From the sequence record SRR22947727_1615: 44,394 nt of DNA, one strand, 5' to 3'. A model generated the notes under the pieces. That model was not told the DNA's origin, searched no databases, and worked only from the letters and a program-made list of their open reading frames with translations. Below, one piece after another: positions 35,485-44,394 of the stretch (positions are counted from its first letter, which is position 1; every line of letters begins with the position of its first letter). A program made the position numbers and the translations under genes.

Positions 35485-38400
35485 ATGACATCCAACCACA
35501 TCTTGATGAGCGGCGTCCCGGAGGGCTTTGACGCGACCATTGTGAACAAAGAAGCGCAGCAGGGCGGGGTGATCCATGTCGCGCGCGATGCCCATCGTCT
35601 ACAGGCGATGCGGGCGGCTTTGGAATTTTTTGCCCCTGAGCTGCCCGTCTTTCATTTTCCCGCTTGGGACTGCCTGCCCTTTGACCGCGTATCGCCGAAT
35701 GCGGATATCAGTGCCCAGCGCATGTCGAGCCTGGCCAGTTTTCTTGCGCAAATGCCCAAGTCCTATGTTGTCTTAACCACGCTTTCGGCTGCCAGCCAGC
35801 GCGTGCCGGCGCGCGCGACTGTTGGATCCGCCGTCTTTCGCGCCTCGGTTCACAGCCGCGTGGATGAACAAGCCCTGCGGGCTTTTCTGGTGCGTATGGG
35901 TTTCACGCAAACGCCAACCGTTATGGAGCCGGGCGATTATTCAATTCGGGGGGGCATTATCGACATTTTCCCGCCTGGCCTTTCCGAGCCAATCCGTCTG
36001 GATTTTTTCGGCGATACGCTTGACGGCATTCGCCAATTTGATCCGGCAACGCAGCGCACAGTGAAATCGCTTGAGAAGGTTGAATTGTCCCCCGTGTCCG
36101 AAGTGATCCTAGATGAGGCCTCGATCCGGCGATTTCGACAAAACTACCGCATTGAGTTTGGGGCCGCAGGCACAGATGATCCGCTCTATGAGGCCATATC
36201 CGCAGGACGAAAACATCAAGGGGTGGAGCATTGGCTGCCGTTCTTTCACGAAGAAATGGACACGCTGTTTGACTACTTGCCCGATGCGACGGTTATTGTG
36301 GATGATCAATCGACCCCAGCGCGCTTGGCCCGCTGGGACACCATTGCTGATCAATATGACGCGCGCAAAACCGCATTCACGCAAAAGGGGCGTTTAGATA
36401 CGGTCTACAAACCCGCGCCACCAGAATTGCTCTATCTCAATGATGCCGCCTGGCAGGAGGCCTTGGCAGGGCGGCGGCAGGTTGCCCTATCGGTTTTGCC
36501 ACAACCGACGGGGTTGAATGTCCTGGATGCGGGCGCGCGGCTTGGCCGCAATTTTGCGCCTGAGCGTCAGAACGAGGCCCTGAGCCTCTTTGGTGCGGTC
36601 TCTGACCATATTAAGAACAAGCGCGCCGCCAAGCCTGTGGTGATTACCTCCTACTCGACGGGCGCCAGAGAGCGCCTGTCGGGCCTGTTGCAAGATGAGG
36701 GGCATGGGGAGCTGATTGAGATCAGCAATATAACAGGCCTGCGCGGTGCAGGCACATATCTGGCGGTCTCCCCGCTGGAACATGGCTTTGAAACCGATGA
36801 TCTCCTGGTGATCTCCGAGCAGGATATTTTGGGTGATCGTTTGGTGCGCAGCACGAAAAAGCGCAAACGGGCCGACAATTTCCTCACTGAAACCCAGAGC
36901 TTGAGCCCGGGCGATTTGGTGGTCCATGTGGATCACGGGGTGGGACGGTTCAAAGCTCTGGAGATTATCAGTGCAGCGGGAGCCGATCATGAATGCCTGC
37001 TGCTCGAATATGCCGAAAACTCCAAACTCTATTTGCCGGTGGAAAACATAGAGCTTTTGTCACGCTATGGCCATGACGAAGGCCTTTTGGATCGTTTGGG
37101 CGGCGGCGCGTGGCAAGCAAAGAAAGCGCGCCTCAAAGAACGCATCCGTGAAATGGCAGAAAAGCTCATTCGTGTGGCAGCGGAACGTGCGTTGCGCAAA
37201 GCGCCGCTGGTCGATCCACCTTTGGGCATGTGGGACAGTTTTTGTGCACGTTTTCCGTATCAAGAAACCGACGATCAATTGAGCGCCATTTCTGATGTGA
37301 TAGAAGATCTCGGCACCGGCCGCCCGATGGATCGGTTAATCTGTGGCGATGTTGGGTTTGGCAAAACTGAGGTTGCGATGCGGGCGGCATTTGTGGCGGC
37401 CTGTAGTGGTTTGCAAGTGGCCGTGGTCGCACCGACGACGCTTCTTGCGCGTCAACACGCGAAAAGCTTTGCTGAGAGGTTTCGCGGCTTTCCGCTCGAG
37501 ATCCGGCAACTGTCGCGTTTTGTCTCGGCCAAAGCGGCCAATGAAACCCGAGACGGGCTGGCCGGCGGCACAGTCGATATTGTGATCGGAACCCATGCGG
37601 TGCTCGCAGATCAGGTTCGTTTCAAAAACCTTGGGCTCTTGGTCATTGACGAGGAACAACGCTTCGGCGTGGGGCATAAGGAAAAGCTCAAACAATTGCG
37701 CTCTGACGTGCATGTGCTCACTCTGACGGCCACACCTATCCCACGGACCTTGCAATTGTCTTTGACCGGTGTACGAGACCTATCCATCATTGGCACACCG
37801 CCCATCGATCGGCTGGCCATTCGAACCTATGTCAGCGAGTTTGATACCATCACCCTGCGAGAGGCGCTATTGCGCGAGCATTATCGCGGCGGGCAAAGCT
37901 TTTTTGTGGTGCCCCGCATTCAGGATATCCCCGACATGGAGGCATTTTTGCGCGAGCATGTGCCGGAAGTTTCGGTCGTTGTGGGACATGGGCAGATGCC
38001 GGCGGGCGAATTAGATGATAAGATGAATGCATTTTACGACGGCAAATATGATGTGCTTTTGGCCACAACCATCGTGGAATCCGGTCTGGATATTCCCACA
38101 GCCAATACGATGATTATTTACCGCGCAGATATGTTCGGCCTGTCACAACTGTATCAAATCCGTGGTCGGGTCGGGCGCTCCAAAACGCGGGCCTTTGCCT
38201 ATTTGACCACCAAACCGCGTGCCAAACTCACGCCCACCGCGGAAAAACGCCTGCGAGTCTTGGGCTCACTGGATTCTTTGGGGGCGGGATTCACGCTCGC
38301 CAGCCAAGATTTGGACATTCGCGGCGCCGGCAATCTTTTAGGCGAAGAGCAATCAGGTCAAATGCGGGACGTGGGCTATGAACTCTATCAGCAAATGCTG

Positions 38401-38925
38401 GAAGATGCGATTGCCAAGATCAGGTCGGGCGAGACCGAAGCCAATCTGGATAATGACCAATGGGCGCCGCAAATAAACCTTGGGGTGTCCGTCCTGATCC
38501 CTGCGGCCTATGTGCCGGATCTGGATGTGCGCTTGGGCTTGTATCGTCGGTTATCGTCTCTTGCGACAAAAGTTGAGCTGGAAGGCTTCGCAGCCGAGCT
38601 GATCGACCGGTTTGGGCCTCTGCCCAAAGAGGTCAATACGTTGATGCTCATCGTGCGCATAAAAGCCATGTGCCGTAAAGCCGGGATCGCCAAACTGGAC
38701 GGCGGGCCAAAAGGGGCGACCATCCAGTTTCACAATGATAAATTTGCCTCGCCCGGCGGTTTGGTGGCTTTCTTGGAAGATCAACGCGGTCTTGCAAAAA
38801 TCCGTGACAACAAGGTTGTTGTACGCCGAGATTGGGCCCGTACATCCGACAAAATCAAAGGCGCCTTCGCCATTGCCAAGGATCTTGCCACGCTTGTGGC
38901 CGCAGAAGCGAAACGCAAAGCCTAG
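35485..38925 (+). CDS. mfd: Transcription-repair coupling factor
   Basis: GDLVVHVDHGVG, CGDVGFGKT, DEEQRFG, TATPIPRT, QIRGRVGR. Confidence 0.99.
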   Translation: MTSNHILMSGVPEGFDATIVNKEAQQGGVIHVARDAHRLQAMRAALEFFAPELPVFHFPAWDCLPFDRVSPNADISAQRMSSLASFLAQMPKSYVVLTTLSAASQRVPARATVGSAVFRASVHSRVDEQALRAFLVRMGFTQTPTVMEPGDYSIRGGIIDIFPPGLSEPIRLDFFGDTLDGIRQFDPATQRTVKSLEKVELSPVSEVILDEASIRRFRQNYRIEFGAAGTDDPLYEAISAGRKHQGVEHWLPFFHEEMDTLFDYLPDATVIVDDQSTPARLARWDTIADQYDARKTAFTQKGRLDTVYKPAPPELLYLNDAAWQEALAGRRQVALSVLPQPTGLNVLDAGARLGRNFAPERQNEALSLFGAVSDHIKNKRAAKPVVITSYSTGARERLSGLLQDEGHGELIEISNITGLRGAGTYLAVSPLEHGFETDDLLVISEQDILGDRLVRSTKKRKRADNFLTETQSLSPGDLVVHVDHGVGRFKALEIISAAGADHECLLLEYAENSKLYLPVENIELLSRYGHDEGLLDRLGGGAWQAKKARLKERIREMAEKLIRVAAERALRKAPLVDPPLGMWDSFCARFPYQETDDQLSAISDVIEDLGTGRPMDRLICGDVGFGKTEVAMRAAFVAACSGLQVAVVAPTTLLARQHAKSFAERFRGFPLEIRQLSRFVSAKAANETRDGLAGGTVDIVIGTHAVLADQVRFKNLGLLVIDEEQRFGVGHKEKLKQLRSDVHVLTLTATPIPRTLQLSLTGVRDLSIIGTPPIDRLAIRTYVSEFDTITLREALLREHYRGGQSFFVVPRIQDIPDMEAFLREHVPEVSVVVGHGQMPAGELDDKMNAFYDGKYDVLLATTIVESGLDIPTANTMIIYRADMFGLSQLYQIRGRVGRSKTRAFAYLTTKPRAKLTPTAEKRLRVLGSLDSLGAGFTLASQDLDIRGAGNLLGEEQSGQMRDVGYELYQQMLEDAIAKIRSGETEANLDNDQWAPQINLGVSVLIPAAYVPDLDVRLGLYRRLSSLATKVELEGFAAELIDRFGPLPKEVNTLMLIVRIKAMCRKAGIAKLDGGPKGATIQFHNDKFASPGGLVAFLEDQRGLAKIRDNKVVVRRDWARTSDKIKGAFAIAKDLATLVAAEAKRKA

Positions 38926-39563
38926 GTTTCGGCCAATTGCCCCTGAAGCTCAGAAATGATGGACGTCCAGACCTCTGGCGGTTGCGCGCCAGGCACAGCA
39001 TGTTGATTGGCAATAATGAATGTCGGCACAGCCGTGATGCCCATTTTTCGACTATGGGCGTCACGCTCTTGGATCATCGCGCGGTCGGCATCGCTCGACA
39101 AAAGCCGGGCGATGACATCTCGTTCCAGGCCAATCACCTCGGCAATGTCGCACAACGCCTCGCGGTTGCCGATGTCGATACCCATGCAGAAATAGGCTTG
39201 AAACAGCGCATCCACCACCGCATTTTGCTTTTGCTCCAACCCGGCCCAATGAATAAGGCGATGGGCATCTATGGTATTGGGGGTGCGCTTCATGGCGGCA
39301 AAATCGATGGGCAGCCCCAGCGCTTCCGCGGTTTGCTCAATTTGAGAATAAACTTTGATCGCGGCCTCTTTGCCGCCAAATTTGCGCTCTAAATAGACGC
39401 GGCGGTCCATACCCTCAGCCGGCATATCTGGATTGAGCTGGAAAGGATGCCATTCCACCGTGAAGGGGTGATCTGGGTGTTCAGCCAGCGCCTTTTCAAG
39501 ATGGGTTTTGCCGATATAGCACCAGGGGCAAATCGGATCAGACATGATATCAAGCTTAATCAT
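38922..39563 (-). CDS. DsbA/FrnE family oxidoreductase
   Basis: SDPICPWCYIG, PFQLNP, VPTF, GAQP. Confidence 0.93.
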   Translation of the reverse strand: MIKLDIMSDPICPWCYIGKTHLEKALAEHPDHPFTVEWHPFQLNPDMPAEGMDRRVYLERKFGGKEAAIKVYSQIEQTAEALGLPIDFAAMKRTPNTIDAHRLIHWAGLEQKQNAVVDALFQAYFCMGIDIGNREALCDIAEVIGLERDVIARLLSSDADRAMIQERDAHSRKMGITAVPTFIIANQHAVPGAQPPEVWTSIISELQGQLAET

Positions 39564-41056
39564 AACTCAGAGTTCCACAATTGGGGCAGGGCGGCCCGGA
39601 TTAATTTCCCATTTGGGTTGCGCGGCAAGGCAGGCACTTTTTGCACGATGCGAGGTTGTTTGTAACGTGCTAAATCCCGCGCGGCCAGTGCGTCGATCTG
39701 CGCAAGGTAGCAGGGGTCCTCACCCACAACGAAAGCGGCGATGACAAAAACATCCGGGCGCACCTCAACTTCGGTGACACCAACCTCTTGCACACCGGGG
39801 CATGCTTCTAACACTTGCTCAATTTCTCGAGGCGCAACGCGGTAACCACCGGCATTGAGGATATCCCCGCTGCGCCCGGCAAAGCCAATCCGACCATCTG
39901 CATACATCTGCCCTTGGTCGGCCGTGTGATACCAGCCGTTTTTCAGGGGTAAGTTGATCGCCGCATCCTCAATATAACCAAGCATCAAGCCCGGATCCCG
40001 CCCATCGACTGAGATGGTCCCGATCTGTCCACGCTCGGCCAGGGCATCACCGTCAAAGATGGCAATCTTGCGGCCGGGTTGCACGGCAAGATGCTCGGGC
40101 GCAGATGGCGTCGCCGATAGAAACGTAGAGCATTCGGTCATGCCAAAGGCTTCGCAAATCGGGGTTTGGGTGCGGTCTTGCCAGCTTTGGCGCACCGACC
40201 GCGGCAGCACATCACCGGCGCTCAAACCGTGGCGTAAGCGCGGCGGCTGCACAAAAGACTGTTGCAGCAACCGGCGGTAAATTCCAGGGGCAGCGGCAAA
40301 GATGCTCGCCTCTTCCGCCTGCATAATCTGCCACAATTCGGCGGGCTCTTGCGTGTTGGGGATGACAGCACTGGCTCCAATTGCCCAAGGGTCCATCAAT
40401 CCCGTTCCCAATGTATAGGTCCAATTAAAGGCACCGGCGTGCATCATGACATCTTGCGGCGTCAGCTCATACCAGCCAGTCCACATCATCCTGCGCGCCC
40501 AAACTGCGCGATGAGCATGCAGAACGGCGCGCGGCTGGTCGGATGTGCCGGAGGTGAAGATAATATAGCCGGGGCGATTGGGATCACCCAGGATCGGCCG
40601 GGCCGGGGGAAGATTTTGAAATGCCTGCAGCTGCGGGGTCTGCAATGTCAGCCCGTCAAACCCCGCCAAGCCATGGCTTGGGTCACAAATCATGGCTTTG
40701 GGCTGGGTTTTGCCCAGCAGCACTTGCACCTCGCGGTCCGTTAACGCGATTGAACATGGCATCGCAACAGCATCTAACGCAGCAAGGGCCAAAAAGCAGA
40801 CGGGAAAATCGACAGTATTGCCGATGCGCAGCAAAACACGGTCTCCGGCGGCAATCCCCGCCCGGCGCAGACCTGTGGCCACGCCAAATACTGCCCGCGC
40901 CAGTTGCGCATAGCTGTATTTGCGCGCAACACCCGCCTCATAGACGGTCAAAGCAACCTTGCCCGGCGTATTATTTGCGGCAGCCAGGACATAGGCCGCC
41001 AGATTGAAGTTCTGGGGGCAGGGTGGCGCAGGAGAAAGGTCAATCAAAGCATCCAT
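39560..41056 (-). CDS. AMP-dependent acyl-CoA synthetase/ligase
   Basis: FTSGTS, FGMTE, GRSGD...GGYRV, LPRNPNGK. Confidence 0.92.
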   Translation of the reverse strand: MDALIDLSPAPPCPQNFNLAAYVLAAANNTPGKVALTVYEAGVARKYSYAQLARAVFGVATGLRRAGIAAGDRVLLRIGNTVDFPVCFLALAALDAVAMPCSIALTDREVQVLLGKTQPKAMICDPSHGLAGFDGLTLQTPQLQAFQNLPPARPILGDPNRPGYIIFTSGTSDQPRAVLHAHRAVWARRMMWTGWYELTPQDVMMHAGAFNWTYTLGTGLMDPWAIGASAVIPNTQEPAELWQIMQAEEASIFAAAPGIYRRLLQQSFVQPPRLRHGLSAGDVLPRSVRQSWQDRTQTPICEAFGMTECSTFLSATPSAPEHLAVQPGRKIAIFDGDALAERGQIGTISVDGRDPGLMLGYIEDAAINLPLKNGWYHTADQGQMYADGRIGFAGRSGDILNAGGYRVAPREIEQVLEACPGVQEVGVTEVEVRPDVFVIAAFVVGEDPCYLAQIDALAARDLARYKQPRIVQKVPALPRNPNGKLIRAALPQLWNSEL

Positions 41057-41120
41057 AGGCTTCGGCTAGCGCGCGTCACCCCAGGTTGCAAGCCTTGTGC
41101 GGGCAGTTTATGACGGGCCT

Positions 41121-41744
41121 ATGACAAAAAATGATCCCAGTTCGATTATCCAAATCGCCCGTGAAAATGGCAATTCTGAAGATGGATTGCCTCTCAACCT
41201 TGGGTTGCGCGTGCGCGAATTGCGCAAAGCGCGCAATTGGACGTTAGAGCAAGCCGCGAGCCAAGCAGGTCTGGCCCGCAGCACCCTATCAAAAATCGAA
41301 AATGGGCAAATGTCTCCGACCTATGATGCGTTAAAAAAGCTTGCCATTGGCTTGGAAATTTCCGTGCCACAGCTCTTTACCCCACCGGTCAACAATCAAA
41401 TCAACGGCCGTTTGGCCCATACCAAAGCGGGCGAGGGGCAAAGCCATGTCACCGCCACATATGAGCATGAGCTTTTGGCCAATTCCCTGTCAAAAAAACG
41501 CATGTTGCCCTATCGCGCCGTGGTACACGCCCGGTCGATGGAAGAATTCGATGGCTGGGTGCGTCATGATGGTGAGGAATTCCTCTATGTGCTGACCGGG
41601 GTGGTTAAGCTATATACGGAGTTCTACGAACCGATTGAGATGCGCCGGGGCGATAGCGCCTACTACGACGCCTCTATGGGGCATAATGTGGTGACGCAAA
41701 GCGCGGAAGATGCGACCATTTTATGGGTCACCTCGCTCGGTTAA
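41121..41744 (+). CDS. XRE-family HTH regulator with C-terminal cupin
   Basis: WTLEQAASQAGLARSTLSKIENG; HDGEEFLYVLTG...GDSAYYDASMGH. Confidence 0.93.
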   Translation: MTKNDPSSIIQIARENGNSEDGLPLNLGLRVRELRKARNWTLEQAASQAGLARSTLSKIENGQMSPTYDALKKLAIGLEISVPQLFTPPVNNQINGRLAHTKAGEGQSHVTATYEHELLANSLSKKRMLPYRAVVHARSMEEFDGWVRHDGEEFLYVLTGVVKLYTEFYEPIEMRRGDSAYYDASMGHNVVTQSAEDATILWVTSLG

Positions 41745-42400
41745 CCGCTTGTTTCGGTGTTAAAGACGGCCCTTACAGCCCAAAGCGCCAGGGCCATTCC
41801 GATCAATTGGCATAGGATAAACATTGGCACATGGGCCGGATCAATCCCTGCAAAGGTATCTGATAGCGCCCGCGCGATGGAGACCGCAGGGTTGGCAAAG
41901 CTGGTGGAGGCGGTGAACCAATAGGCTCCTGTGATATAAAGCGCGACCATTGTGGCAATGGCTTTGGAGTTTTGTGCCAAACCGCCGAAAACGATCAGCA
42001 GCAGCCCGAAACTTGCAAAAATTTCGGACACCCAAAGCGGCCCACCGCTCCGCGGGGTTTGCGACAGCTGAAACAAGCTTTGGTCAAACATTGCATGGGT
42101 CAAGATCACTCCCGTTATTGCGCCAAAAATCTGCGCTGATATGAAGGCGCAGGCCCGCGTGATTGGCAGCTCGCCGCGCAGCACAAAGGCCAGGGAGACA
42201 ATGGGGTTGAAATGCCCGCCAGAGACCGCACCAAATAGGGTGATGATACAATAGAGCATACAGCCCGTTGCAATGGCATTGGCCAATAGCGCCAAAGCAA
42301 TATTTCCACCAGCCAGAGTCTCAGCCATGATTCCGCTGCCAACCACTGAAACTAATAGAAAACCTGTCCCCAAAAACTCCGCAAGAACTGCATTTTTCAT
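41741..42400 (-). CDS. MIP/aquaporin family channel (AqpS-like)
   Basis: AEFLGT, GSGIMA, SGGHFNPIVS, TASTSFANPAV; start ATG 42400. Confidence 0.92.
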   Translation of the reverse strand: MKNAVLAEFLGTGFLLVSVVGSGIMAETLAGGNIALALLANAIATGCMLYCIITLFGAVSGGHFNPIVSLAFVLRGELPITRACAFISAQIFGAITGVILTHAMFDQSLFQLSQTPRSGGPLWVSEIFASFGLLLIVFGGLAQNSKAIATMVALYITGAYWFTASTSFANPAVSIARALSDTFAGIDPAHVPMFILCQLIGMALALWAVRAVFNTETSG

Positions 42401-42431
42401 TGTTGATCTACTCCAATATTTACCCCAGCGC

Positions 42432-44252
42432 CTATTGCGCTTCATACCACCAAACATCCGGCAGAAATCCAATCCAATCGCCATACATCGGTAGGCGTTC
42501 GGGATATTTGATTTCTTTGACATGGGCCAATCTGCTGAAAGAACTCGTGTGAATTGGAATAACGTAGCGTCCCGCGGTTAAAATCCGGTCCAGCGCCTTC
42601 ACGGCCGCGAGAAAGTCCTCTCGGCTGGTCGAGCTCACCAGTTTTGCAATCATAGATTCGGCAGCGGGAGAGTTCATCCCCATCCAATTGCGGGTGCCGG
42701 GCTGATCCACCCCATAGCCGCCCCAATAGAGCATCTGTTCATTGCCGGGGCTCAGCGACAGGCCGCGCCGATAATAGGCCATATCAAAATCATAGATCTG
42801 CGTGCGCTCTTTATATTGCGCCGCATCGAGCACTTCGGTCGTGAGGCGAATCCCCAGACGTTCAAGGGCTTGTTGGTAAATATCCATCATCGATTGGCTT
42901 TCCGTGTCGCCCTGCTTCAAGGTGACGGTGATTTCAAACGGCGTGCCCTGCGCGTTTCGGCGCAACCCGTCTTGAACTGTCCAACCCGCTTGTGTCAGCA
43001 AAGCATCGGCTGCACGAATATTCTTACGATTGCGCGCGCTGCCGTCAGATTGCGGCAGGCGGTAGCCTTCAATCGTGCCGGGCAGCAGGGTGTCCGCATA
43101 GGGCTCCAACAACTCAAGCACCCGACCTTTCGCTGGTCCCGCCTCCATTGAGAGCACCGAATTTGAGAAATAGGAGGTGATACGCTCCTGGCGCCCACCG
43201 GTGTTCGCCTGATTGATGAACTCGAAGTTAAACGCCGCAATCAAAGCCTCGCGCACACGCCAATCTGCGAACTTGGGCTTGCGCGTGTTCATCACAAAGC
43301 CTGTGATGCCGCTGGGGCGCTGGTGGGGTATGATGGATTTGACGATCTTCCCCGTTTGGACGGCGTCAAAATCGTAAGAGTTTTCCCAGCGTTCTGCGTT
43401 TAACTCTCTGAATGAGGAAGATTCGCCCGCTTTAAATGCCTCGAACTGCACCGATCCATCGGCGTAAAAATCCAATCTAATCTCATCAAAGTTGTTGGTA
43501 CCCCGACGAAATCCAATGTCTTTGCCCCAATACTCTGGGTTCCGCATGAGACGAACATAGTTTCCCGGATCAAAATCGCGGATAACATAGGGGGCGCTGG
43601 AAATGGGGATAACATCAAGACCGGAATTTTCGAAATCTGCACTCTCCCATTGTGCCTTCTTCAAAATTGGTCTGAGACCCACCAAGAGCGCCAACTCCCG
43701 GTCCTGATCGGCAAAGGTGAATTTCACCTTACGCGGTCCGGTCTGGCTGACCGTTTCAATTTTCTTCCAAAGCCCGTGGTAGCGCGGATGACCAATGGTG
43801 CCCAAAGTTTCATATGACCAAATCACATCCTCCACCGTCACCGGGCTGCCATCAGAGAATCGCGCCTCTGGATGAAGCGAAAATTCAACCCAGCGGCGGC
43901 TCTCATCGGTCTCAATCGATTCGGCCAGAAGCGTGTAAAGGGTGAAAGGCTCGCCATAAGAACGGCCCATCAGGCTTTCATAGGCCAGGAACCGAAGCTG
44001 CCAAGGCACAGAACCTTTGCGGACATGCGGATTGAGTGAGGTGAAGGTGCCTCCTTCTGCGGACACGATGGTTCCCCCTTTCGGCGCGTTTGGGTTTGCA
44101 TAGGGTAGGGACACAAAATCATGTGGTAAGGCGGGGTCACCATACATAGCTATGCCATGCGTTGGCTCTGCCATCCCCAAATTGGCCGCCAGCAAAGCGG
44201 CGGCAAAAACCGCGCCAATAAGTTTGGAATTGATCCCTTGTCCATATGTCAT
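42432..44252 (-). CDS. Peptide ABC transporter substrate-binding protein (family 5, YejA-like); start 44252 or 44291
   Basis: Signal peptide then HGIAMYGDP, YANPNAPKGG, YTLLAE, FSDGSPVT, SPGNEQ. Confidence 0.93.
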   Translation of the reverse strand: MTYGQGINSKLIGAVFAAALLAANLGMAEPTHGIAMYGDPALPHDFVSLPYANPNAPKGGTIVSAEGGTFTSLNPHVRKGSVPWQLRFLAYESLMGRSYGEPFTLYTLLAESIETDESRRWVEFSLHPEARFSDGSPVTVEDVIWSYETLGTIGHPRYHGLWKKIETVSQTGPRKVKFTFADQDRELALLVGLRPILKKAQWESADFENSGLDVIPISSAPYVIRDFDPGNYVRLMRNPEYWGKDIGFRRGTNNFDEIRLDFYADGSVQFEAFKAGESSSFRELNAERWENSYDFDAVQTGKIVKSIIPHQRPSGITGFVMNTRKPKFADWRVREALIAAFNFEFINQANTGGRQERITSYFSNSVLSMEAGPAKGRVLELLEPYADTLLPGTIEGYRLPQSDGSARNRKNIRAADALLTQAGWTVQDGLRRNAQGTPFEITVTLKQGDTESQSMMDIYQQALERLGIRLTTEVLDAAQYKERTQIYDFDMAYYRRGLSLSPGNEQMLYWGGYGVDQPGTRNWMGMNSPAAESMIAKLVSSTSREDFLAAVKALDRILTAGRYVIPIHTSSFSRLAHVKEIKYPERLPMYGDWIGFLPDVWWYEAQ

Positions 44253-44394
44253 CTGGGGTAGATCCTTTTGTTTTTGCCGGGCTGTGGCCACAGGCTAGCG
44301 TGGGAATATTACATTTTCAAACTTTTAGCTTGGACCCGCTAAACAGTTTGTTTATAGTATTTGTACTGCTCGATAGGTTTCTTGCCTGTATGAA

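Noticed and set aside
8540-43642. Numerous 60-240 aa overlapping ORFs inside core genes
   Set aside because: Expected off-frame and antisense ORFs in GC-richer coding DNA; no motifs or RBS support
1-44394. tRNA, rRNA or riboswitch
   Set aside because: No recognisable cloverleaf, rRNA or riboswitch consensus seen by eye; a covariance-model search (Infernal/Rfam) would be needed to exclude small RNAs

Overview
Alphaproteobacterial chromosome segment from the Rhodobacteraceae/Roseobacter group. Gene order and roughly mid-50s %GC (by eye) are compatible with a Planktomarina-like pelagic lineage, which is an inference. Positions ~8250-44394 are conserved core genes: guaA, a non-pyrrolysine mttB, the GTA-regulator pair gafA/rcc01866-like, lipA, hpt, ratA-like, amtB, cinA, pgpA, ispDF, dusB-ntrBC-ntrYX-trkAH-hfq-hflX, a penicillin acylase, hemB, mfd, a dsbA-like gene, an acyl-CoA ligase, an XRE-cupin regulator, an aquaporin and a peptide ABC binding protein. 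Positions 1-8250 are an AT-rich island of two related integrative elements stacked in tandem at the 3' end of guaA. The proximal element is complete (6333 bp) and is bounded by a 14-bp duplication of the guaA 3' end (TACTCCCACTCAAT at 1919-1932 and 8252-8265), with matching arm-type repeats and IHF-like sites. The distal element runs off the left edge. Each element has a large arm-domain tyrosine integrase facing a small catalytic-domain-only tyrosine recombinase. The complete element also encodes a minimal HUH rolling-circle-type endonuclease next to a hairpin-rich region, a truncated H-NS-like protein missed by the ORF track, a putative activator, a DUF6626-like protein, a protein whose N-terminus resembles phage head-targeting leaders, and a repeat-flanked secreted cargo gene. 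By manual scan the island has no GATC site. It has no conjugation, capsid or terminase genes. The best candidate for an undescribed system is therefore a small integrative, rolling-circle, possibly phage-mobilised satellite-like element family. All family assignments come from motif recognition by eye, not database searches.
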